A stretch of DNA of 64,000 nt, taken from contig JBDLRP010000039.1 in NCBI GenBank assembly GCA_039799905.1, forward strand, positions 128,001 to 192,000, in the 5' to 3' direction. The translations under genes were made by a program, and so were the position numbers. The stretch is from Pseudomonadota bacterium. GTDB lineage: Bacteria; Bdellovibrionota_B; Oligoflexia; Silvanigrellales; Silvanigrellaceae. Below, in pieces: positions 56,986-64,000 of this stretch; the first letter of the stretch is position 1, and each line of letters starts with the position of its first letter. A model generated the notes under the pieces. It did not search any database. It was not told where the DNA came from and was given only the letters and a program-made list of their open reading frames with translations.

Positions 56986-58875
56986 TTAACCGTTCATACT
57001 TCCGAGAAAATCATTGTTCGTTTCGGTTCGCTCAAGCCGCTGGATCAAAAACTCCATCGACTCGATGGGGCTCATCGGGTGAATGACCTTGCGCAAAACC
57101 CATAGACGGTTGAGCGTCTCTTTGGGCAGCAGCAGATCTTCCCGTCGAGTACCGGACTTATTGATATCAATAGCCGGGAACACACGGCGCTCAGCCAGAC
57201 GACGATCCAACACGAGTTCCATGTTGCCCGTTCCCTTGAATTCTTCAAAGATCACTTCGTCCATACGGCTTCCGGTTTCAATCAGAGCCGTCGCGATGAT
57301 CGTCAGACTGCCGCCCTCTTCCACGTTTCTCGCTGCACCGAAAAACCGCTTGGGTTTGTGCAGGGCGTTGGCATCCACACCACCTGTGAGGATTTTTCCG
57401 CTCGGTGGAACGACGGAGTTGTATGCACGCGCCAGACGCGTGATGGAGTCAAGAAGGATGACGACGTCTTTTTTGTGTTCGACAAGACGCTTCGCCTTCT
57501 CAATTACCATTTCGGCAACTTGAACGTGGCGCGACGCCGGTTCATCGAACGTACTCGAAACAACCTCTCCCTTCACGGTGCGTTCCATTTCGGTCACTTC
57601 TTCCGGACGCTCGTCGATCAGAAGGACGATAAGGACGACCTCGGGATGATTGTGCGCGATCGCAGTGGCAATATTTTGCAGGAGAACAGTTTTACCCGTG
57701 CGCGGAGGTGCGACGATCAGCGAGCGTTGGCCTTTGCCGATAGGCGACATAAGGTCGATGGTTCGCGTACTGAGGACTTCCGGATGGTATTCCAGCTTCA
57801 GACGTTCGTTGGGGTGAATCGTCGTCAAGTTGTCGAACAGAATCTTCTCACCGGTTAGATCCGGCGGCTCGAGGTTGACCGATTCTACCTTCAACAATGC
57901 AAAGTAACGTTCGTTGTCCTTTGGCGGACGAATCTGGCCGGAAACCGTATCGCCCGTGCGCAAATTGAAACGTCTGATCTGCGAAGGGGAAACATAAATA
58001 TCGTCAGGACCCGGGAGATAGTTGTAGTCGGGAGCGCGCAGAAAGCCGAAGCCATCCGGCAGCGTTTCCAACACACCTTCCGAGTAAACAACGCCATTGC
58101 GGGCAGCCTGCGCACCCAACAGAGCGAACACCAGATCCTGCTTGCGCAAGTTAGCAGCGCCCTCGATGCCCATCTCAAGTGCCATCTGCACCAGATCCCT
58201 GATGTGCTTTTCCTTGAGTTCCTTGAGATTCATTACAGGAACATTTGCGTTGAACTCCGGTTCCTTCTCCTCGATCACAGGCATCTGCTGCTTGTCTTGA
58301 CGTTTGAAGTTGGGGTTGAAGTTGGCGCCACCCTGACGTTGCTGAAATCCGCCACCCTGTCCGTGCGGACGTCCCATGTGGCCTCCGCCTCCGTGATTTG
58401 GCCTGCGGAATTGCGGCTGTCCCTGCGGACCTCCTTGCTGGCTTTGCGGTCCGCCGTGACCGCCGGGGTGCGGCTGTGCAGACGGTGTCGGCGCAGGCGC
58501 GGCAGGGTTGGGAGCACCAGGCTCGCGGGGTGCTTGTGTTGGCATTGGCGATGCTTCGCGAGGAGCAGCAACTGGAGTTACTTGAGCGGGCTCTCTTGCT
58601 GCTGTGGGAGTGGTTTCCCCTGCAGGAGCTCCCACCGGTGGCATACCTTCTCGCCGCGGCATAAAGCCACGTCTGTCATCACGTTTTTGAGGAACAAAAG
58701 TCGTCACTGGCCGATTATCACCGTCGCCTGTCACTTCCGGGCCCGATGCTGTCTCAGAACCTGCTGATTCTCCAGCTGATTCATCTTTTCTGACAAAACG
58801 GCGGGTAGAACGTTTGCGGGATGCAGTCGAATCGTCAACACTCAAGTCTTCTAAAGGCTTGGTATCATCAGCCAT
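56986..58875 (-). CDS. rho: Transcription termination factor Rho with long N-terminal extension
   Basis: [39 protein letters not shown] and FKGTGNME. Confidence 0.98.
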   Translation of the reverse strand: MADDTKPLEDLSVDDSTASRKRSTRRFVRKDESAGESAGSETASGPEVTGDGDNRPVTTFVPQKRDDRRGFMPRREGMPPVGAPAGETTPTAAREPAQVTPVAAPREASPMPTQAPREPGAPNPAAPAPTPSAQPHPGGHGGPQSQQGGPQGQPQFRRPNHGGGGHMGRPHGQGGGFQQRQGGANFNPNFKRQDKQQMPVIEEKEPEFNANVPVMNLKELKEKHIRDLVQMALEMGIEGAANLRKQDLVFALLGAQAARNGVVYSEGVLETLPDGFGFLRAPDYNYLPGPDDIYVSPSQIRRFNLRTGDTVSGQIRPPKDNERYFALLKVESVNLEPPDLTGEKILFDNLTTIHPNERLKLEYHPEVLSTRTIDLMSPIGKGQRSLIVAPPRTGKTVLLQNIATAIAHNHPEVVLIVLLIDERPEEVTEMERTVKGEVVSSTFDEPASRHVQVAEMVIEKAKRLVEHKKDVVILLDSITRLARAYNSVVPPSGKILTGGVDANALHKPKRFFGAARNVEEGGSLTIIATALIETGSRMDEVIFEEFKGTGNMELVLDRRLAERRVFPAIDINKSGTRREDLLLPKETLNRLWVLRKVIHPMSPIESMEFLIQRLERTETNNDFLGSMNG

Positions 58876-59024
58876 GTAAGATTTCCGAATAATAAGGGGG
58901 AGTTAATTCTAAGGCGGCCAAAGCACGAATCGGCTCTGGAGCGAAACGGATGTTCAACCCAATGAACACGTTGATAGTCCTAGACCACGCACCTCGAAGT
59001 TGCAACCGTGTTTTTTAAAATGCC

Positions 59025-59051
59025 TCAAATTTCTGCAGCAAGCGCCGATGC
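59025..59051 (+). promoter_or_regulatory. Putative sigma-28 (FliA) promoter
   Basis: TCAA-N15-GCCGATGC, against the consensus TAAA-N15-GCCGATAA, ending 65 nt upstream of ATG 59117. Confidence 0.55.
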
Positions 59052-59116
59052 CTCTACGAATCTAAAGAAGGCACCCTTCGAACGAAGGAAATTGCTCTCT
59101 TTGGCGAGGAGACTCG

Positions 59117-61762
59117 ATGGGGAACGTCGATTCGAACGGGCAGACCAAGACCCAACGGCGCGCCAGCAATCAACTGGGCCTGTCTGTAGAGGACCGGTTC
59201 AGGTTTACGATCGTCGTGAGCTTTATCGCACTCAGTCTGATTGGCTTGGGCAGCATGTTTTACATGTCCGACTTGCAGGCAAAAAGATTTCAATCTGAGG
59301 CCGCCACTCTTGCGGTGACGCGCTGGTCCGGCGCGTTTGAAGTTGGGATTGAACAGTTGATTGCGCCCAAACAGCAGGAGTCAGAAGAAATTGTCCCTGC
59401 TATTCTTGAATCCAACCGACTCGTCCCGCGTTCACAATTGCCCGAGCATCTTGGTAAGTCTGAAATTGCCTTCACCACTTCAAGCTCAGGAGATCCACTG
59501 TGGGTGATCAACAAGCACCCCCTGCTCGACAACAACACAGCTTTGATTCTTGCCGAGCGTGAATATCCAGAACTGAAAATTGCCCGCGAAGCGTTTGTGT
59601 TCCAACGCTGGCTTGCGACGGCACTGCTCGCCATTTTGATAATTGCATGCACAGTCTTTTTCTCATTCGGAAAGTATTACATTTTCAAACCACTTCACTT
59701 ACTCCGCGATGCGCTGCTCAGCAGGCGGATGACAGAAGCTGCCCGAGTCAAACAGCTCCACAATTCAAAGGTCACAATCGAGCGCCTTGAAGAACACTCG
59801 CGTTTCCCGCTTGAACAGTTCGAGGGTGACGAATTCGGTCAGATTGCATTCATACTCGAGGACGAAGACCGCAGACAGAAATCAATGCGCGACAGCTGGC
59901 TCAAATCGTTCAACACAATCAATGAGCCTATCGCGGTTTTCGGACAGAATGCGCGTCTCAAACACATCAATGAAGCCATGGAACAGTTCCTCGACGAAAT
60001 CGGCCTCGATCCTGATCTCGTCAGGAATCTTCCAGCCTCTGCATTCCTGAACTCGTATTTGCAGCTTGAGGAAGAGAGTTCGGCAAAACTTTGCAAAGTC
60101 CTCAGTCAAAAGCTCCCGAAAGTTCAGGCTGCGGCGTGTACAGTCGAATTACCCGAAGGTAAACGCACATTCCGCTATTCCGTCTCAACAATCATCAATC
60201 ATGGCGAAAGATTTGCAGTCTTTTCCCTTATTCGCGAGCAGATACTTGGACAAAACCATAACTTTGAAGATGTCATTCTTGAACAGGCCAACAGCCAGTT
60301 GAAGGTCATTCACCGTCTGCAGCAATCGGCGCGGGAAATGTCGGACCAAAAGGCCGATACCGTGCTGCATCTTTGCGAAACGCTGGTTGACAACATTCAC
60401 AGCCTTCTCGAGATCTCCAACGCCTCGAACCCTTCCTTGGCGACTCATAAAGTTGAATTCAATGTCTTTCACTTTTTTCGTGAGATGCAGGAATCGATCG
60501 AAGGGGCTTTGAAGATTTCTGTGGAAATGGAAAAATCATTGCCAACGTTCATCGTGGGAGATCCGACTCATCTCCGGCAATTCCTCAAGGGGATTTTCCA
60601 ATCTTTTCATGAAACGAACTCGGTTGAGTCGATTTTGATGAATATTGGCTACAACACTTCTGAGAAAAAATTGATCATCTCGGTTCTTTCTCCCGACGGT
60701 AATCCAGTCTTACGTGACCCGTCTCTGCAACTTTATCTGGCCCATTACTCACCCTTTCTTTCGCTGAGCAGTTTTCCTGACGAGGATCTGCACGCGGACG
60801 AATTCATACGGGTGCAAATCGTCGCACAGGCGGGTATCAACCGGATTGAAACTCTGGAGCTGGATTTATCCAACAGACAACTTCCCAAATCGCTCATCAT
60901 CGTCTCAGATGAAATCCTTCCCGGTGAGGCGCGTGAGGTCCTGGAGTCTTCCCAACACGTCAATTGTGAATGGCTGACTCCCGGAGAAGCTCTCGAGCGA
61001 AAATTCTCGAATAGCGGAGAATGCATGCTTTTGTTCATCACCAACACACAAAAGCTGAAGGACAAAGCTATCCAAAAGGTCATCAACCATGCGCGAGGCT
61101 CAAGTGTTCCCTCGGTCCTGCTCAGCCAACAACCCCGCCGGGGCGAATCACTAACCGCGCTGCGCCTCGGCTTTGTCACATATCTCACATTGCCATTTGA
61201 ACACGATGAGCTCCACAAGCTGCTGATACTGACCATGAACAAGTCGGTACGCGAGAGCATCGGAAAACTCGGACTCATCACAAAACACACAGTACGAGAC
61301 CTCGTCCCGTCGCTCGGCAAAGTATTGCTTGGAAATATTTCAAAGCAACATCAGAAAGAAGCTCTGATTCTTCTCAACACATTGACGAATCTCGGATTCA
61401 GGGTCCAAGAGACGTCAACCGTACACAGCTTTTTCGAACTTCTGCACAAGGGAACTTTTGAATACATCGTCTGTCCAAGCGGACTTTCGACGGGACTCAA
61501 ACGGCGCATCCAAATCAGCAGCCGCGATGTCCCTTGCGTCTTATTTGGGAGCTGCTCATTGGATGAACCTGGGCGCAGTGATGAAAACCGTTCGGCAGCA
61601 CCTCTCGCCAGCTGGATCACAATCGCAGACGTGAGCAACCAGCAGGAAGTCAAGGATGCACTTCACGCCGCACAGGAATACGAAAAACGATTCAGCGACA
61701 TCCCCGAAGAAGAAAGCGACGAGGGCGAAAACCCGAACGACAATCTCGAACTCGCCATTTGA
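59117..61762 (+). CDS. Degenerate hybrid sensor-kinase-like membrane protein (2 TM, HAMP, PAS, pseudo-HATPase, 2 pseudo-receivers)
   Basis: Two TMs, KPL..L and DEFGQI (HAMP), NEPIAVF..N.A (PAS), VGDPTHLRQFL (N-box region) and ALRLGFVTYLTLPF (receiver-like). Confidence 0.7.
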   Translation: MGNVDSNGQTKTQRRASNQLGLSVEDRFRFTIVVSFIALSLIGLGSMFYMSDLQAKRFQSEAATLAVTRWSGAFEVGIEQLIAPKQQESEEIVPAILESNRLVPRSQLPEHLGKSEIAFTTSSSGDPLWVINKHPLLDNNTALILAEREYPELKIAREAFVFQRWLATALLAILIIACTVFFSFGKYYIFKPLHLLRDALLSRRMTEAARVKQLHNSKVTIERLEEHSRFPLEQFEGDEFGQIAFILEDEDRRQKSMRDSWLKSFNTINEPIAVFGQNARLKHINEAMEQFLDEIGLDPDLVRNLPASAFLNSYLQLEEESSAKLCKVLSQKLPKVQAAACTVELPEGKRTFRYSVSTIINHGERFAVFSLIREQILGQNHNFEDVILEQANSQLKVIHRLQQSAREMSDQKADTVLHLCETLVDNIHSLLEISNASNPSLATHKVEFNVFHFFREMQESIEGALKISVEMEKSLPTFIVGDPTHLRQFLKGIFQSFHETNSVESILMNIGYNTSEKKLIISVLSPDGNPVLRDPSLQLYLAHYSPFLSLSSFPDEDLHADEFIRVQIVAQAGINRIETLELDLSNRQLPKSLIIVSDEILPGEAREVLESSQHVNCEWLTPGEALERKFSNSGECMLLFITNTQKLKDKAIQKVINHARGSSVPSVLLSQQPRRGESLTALRLGFVTYLTLPFEHDELHKLLILTMNKSVRESIGKLGLITKHTVRDLVPSLGKVLLGNISKQHQKEALILLNTLTNLGFRVQETSTVHSFFELLHKGTFEYIVCPSGLSTGLKRRIQISSRDVPCVLFGSCSLDEPGRSDENRSAAPLASWITIADVSNQQEVKDALHAAQEYEKRFSDIPEEESDEGENPNDNLELAI

Positions 61763-61825
61763 ATCAGTCGCTCAACAGGAATGGGGCACCGACTTACGCA
61801 TGCGCCTTCCGACCACCGACCTAAA

Positions 61826-63058
61826 TCAACGGGCTAGAACTGCCTTTTCAATTTGGGTCATCGCCCAGTCGAGAGATTCTTCAGCAATCACCAGTGGAGG
61901 TGCAAAGCGGATAGTTGTCGAGCGAGTTTCTTTCGCGAGAACTCCGCTGAGTGCCATCCGCTCGCTGTATTTACGCGCAGGACCAGCTTTCTCAGTCAGC
62001 TCAATTGCGTTCAACAAACCTTTTCCACGCACTTCTTTCACAAGATCAACTGGCAAGTTGCGTCTCAAGCGGGTTCTGAATTTTTCACCCAAAACTGAAG
62101 CCCGTTCTGCCAATCCCTCGTCCTTGAGAATGCGCATAGCCGTGCGCGAAAGAGCACACGCCAAGGGGTTGCCGCCAAAGGTCGAACCATGGTCACCCGG
62201 CTTAAGAAGCCCCAACACAGCTTCAGTGCCAACCACAGCTGAAATCGGATAAAATCCGCCACCCAGAGCTTTACCCAGAATGATCAATTCTGGTTCACAA
62301 TTTTCATGCTGATAGCAAAACATTTTTCCGGTGCGGCAGAGTCCAGTCTGGATTTCATCGACCATCAACAGAACATTATTTTTCTTACAAATCCGATCGC
62401 ACTCGGCGAGAAATCCCTCCGGTGGAACAATCACGCCGGCTTCGCCTTGAATTGGCTCAACCAAAAACCCAACTGTGTTCGGGGTAATCGCAGATTCCAG
62501 CGCCTTTGCATCTCCATAGGGAATAACTTTGAATCCGCCACTGAATGGTCCAAAGTCTGCGCGGTATTGAGGGTCGGTTGAAAAGCCGACAATCATAGTC
62601 GTACGGCCATGAAAATTTGCATCACAGACAATGATTTCTGCCTGATCGTGCGGAACCTTCTTAACGAGGTAACCCCATTTGCGTGCAAGCTTTACCGCTG
62701 TTTCAACGGCTTCTGCGCCGGAGTTCATGGGCAGAGCACGATCACGCGAACAGAGTTGGGTCAACTCCTGCAGCCATGGTCCAATCTGGTCGTTGTAAAA
62801 TGCTCTGGACGTGAGAGTCATTCTCGATGCCTGCTGCATCAGAGTGTCCAACATTCTCGGATGGACGTGTCCCTGATTGACGGCACTATAGGCACTCAAC
62901 ATGTCCAGATAGCGCTTTCCGTCGACGTCCCAGACCCATTCTTTTTCGCCACGCGCAAGAACAACCGGAATTGGGTGATAATTGTGAGCACCGTAAACAT
63001 CATTAAGATGCACATGCATCTGCCCGAGATTCGAGAGCGGTAGGTTCATGTCTGCCAT
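61826..63058 (-). CDS. rocD: Ornithine--oxo-acid aminotransferase
   Basis: [46 protein letters not shown] and [12 protein letters not shown]. Confidence 0.96.
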   Translation of the reverse strand: MADMNLPLSNLGQMHVHLNDVYGAHNYHPIPVVLARGEKEWVWDVDGKRYLDMLSAYSAVNQGHVHPRMLDTLMQQASRMTLTSRAFYNDQIGPWLQELTQLCSRDRALPMNSGAEAVETAVKLARKWGYLVKKVPHDQAEIIVCDANFHGRTTMIVGFSTDPQYRADFGPFSGGFKVIPYGDAKALESAITPNTVGFLVEPIQGEAGVIVPPEGFLAECDRICKKNNVLLMVDEIQTGLCRTGKMFCYQHENCEPELIILGKALGGGFYPISAVVGTEAVLGLLKPGDHGSTFGGNPLACALSRTAMRILKDEGLAERASVLGEKFRTRLRRNLPVDLVKEVRGKGLLNAIELTEKAGPARKYSERMALSGVLAKETRSTTIRFAPPLVIAEESLDWAMTQIEKAVLAR

Positions 63059-63162
63059 TGGGTCTGTTCCTGTTTTTGTTGAGTCAAACTTGTCTTGTTA
63101 TCAATACCGGAGCATATGTACGAAGAAAAGGCGGCACCCTGCAGACTGCAAGGAATATAAGC

Positions 63163-63561
63163 ATGAGTTCTGTGCAAAATAACAACGAATTGTGTTGGAT
63201 TCACATCCGCGACGTCTACACGTTCCTCTATCTTGGGGCAAATCCGCACGAACAGAAGGTCGGACAAAATTTGAAAATTGACCTCAGTGTGCAGGTCCCA
63301 TATCGCAATACTCAAGATAGTCTTGAAAATGTTGTTGATTATAGCAAAATCATCGAACGCGTGCAGGGCTATATTCAGGGCTTGGGGCGTGTCAGCCTTC
63401 TTGAATACCTCGCAGAAGAGTTGTTGAACGTTATCGAGAACGAGTTTCAAGGTGTCAGAGCGGCAAGAATTGTTCTCTACAAAGCGTTTGTTCCGCTCAG
63501 CCATTTCACCGGCTCCGTGGCCATTGAGGTCGAAAGAGAATTCTCCAAGAAGGTAACCTGA
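63163..63561 (+). CDS. folB: Dihydroneopterin aldolase
   Basis: G...HEQKVGQ...IDL, DSLENVVDY, LLEYLAE and K....GSVAIEVER. Confidence 0.88.
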   Translation: MSSVQNNNELCWIHIRDVYTFLYLGANPHEQKVGQNLKIDLSVQVPYRNTQDSLENVVDYSKIIERVQGYIQGLGRVSLLEYLAEELLNVIENEFQGVRAARIVLYKAFVPLSHFTGSVAIEVEREFSKKVT

Positions 63562-63644
63562 AAAACCCTTTCGAGAATGACGACTGACCACGCTTTGTGG
63601 ATAGTGAACTCGCAGCCACCAGTCGCGTCGCGCTAAACAAAGAA

Positions 63645-63677
63645 GAAGGCGGACCCCCTTTTCAGGAGTCCGCCTTC
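63645..63677 (-). terminator. rpoD terminator
   Basis: GAAGGCGGAC...GTCCGCCTTC hairpin, followed on the minus strand by TTCTTTGTTT. Confidence 0.75.
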
Positions 63678-63720
63678 AGCATTTTAAGCCCCTCAGCAGA
63701 AGCTCAGCTCATAGCCGTCA

Positions 63721-63999
63721 TCAGCTTTCGATGAACGCCTTAAGCTTTTTGGAGCGGCAAGGATGGCGCAGTTTACGCAATGCCTTGGCTTCGATCTGAC
63801 GGATACGCTCGCGCGTTACGTCGAAGCTCTGGCCCACTTCCTCGAGGGTGTGGTCCGTCTTCTCGCCAATACCAAAACGCATGCGCAATACTTTTTCTTC
63901 GCGCGGGGTGAGAGTTGCAAGAACCTTTTTGGTTTGGTCCGACAAACTCTGGTTCGCAACGATGTCTACAGGTGCGCCACGCGTCTTGTCTTCGAGGAA
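63721..63999 (-). CDS. rpoD: RNA polymerase sigma factor RpoD (C-terminal region 4, partial)
   Basis: [16 protein letters not shown]...[30 protein letters not shown]. The frame stays open to the window end. Confidence 0.95.
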   Translation of the reverse strand, partial: FLEDKTRGAPVDIVANQSLSDQTKKVLATLTPREEKVLRMRFGIGEKTDHTLEEVGQSFDVTRERIRQIEAKALRKLRHPCRSKKLKAFIES

Positions 64000-64000
64000 G

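Noticed and set aside
63578..63630. tRNA or ncRNA downstream of rpoD
   Set aside because: Only an imperfect hairpin (GACTG/CAGTC), with no cloverleaf, TTC loop or CCA.
1..64000. CRISPR array, rRNA or tRNA genes
   Set aside because: No regularly spaced direct repeats or RNA-gene signatures found by eye, and the intergenic gaps are short.

Overview
A 64-kb chromosomal window from a moderately GC-rich Gram-negative bacterium. Gene content and style suggest a deltaproteobacteria-like or Bdellovibrionota/Oligoflexia lineage, but this is inference only. Core genes: liv ABC transporter, glutamine-dependent nadE, rpsF-(DUF2232-like)-rplI without rpsR, a partial complex I operon (nuoCD-E-F-G-I), yciO/sua5, tatD, ubiG-like, panP-like decarboxylase, lon, GSIII glnA, speD, rho-pheS-pheT, rocD, folB and the 3' end of rpoD. 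These are interspersed with many secreted or lipoprotein genes. I saw no tRNA, rRNA, CRISPR array or transposase. The best candidates for uncharacterised systems are: (1) a translationally coupled three-gene FHA operon (FHA-FHA; exported domain-TM-FHA; FHA-TM-lytic transglycosylase) in which all four FHA domains have incomplete phosphothreonine-binding motifs; (2) an ECF sigma with a Cys/His/Met-rich anti-sigma, divergent from a putative metal uptake operon that has an ECF-type promoter; (3) three secreted proteins sharing a C-terminal Cys pair, next to an AT-rich islet; (4) an M36/M4 peptidase with an internal sorting-like signal followed by a second lipobox; (5) a fully degenerate hybrid histidine kinase behind a sigma-28-like promoter; (6) two hairpins that lock a Shine-Dalgarno sequence and overlap a putative promoter. 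All family assignments come from motifs recognised by eye; no searches were run.
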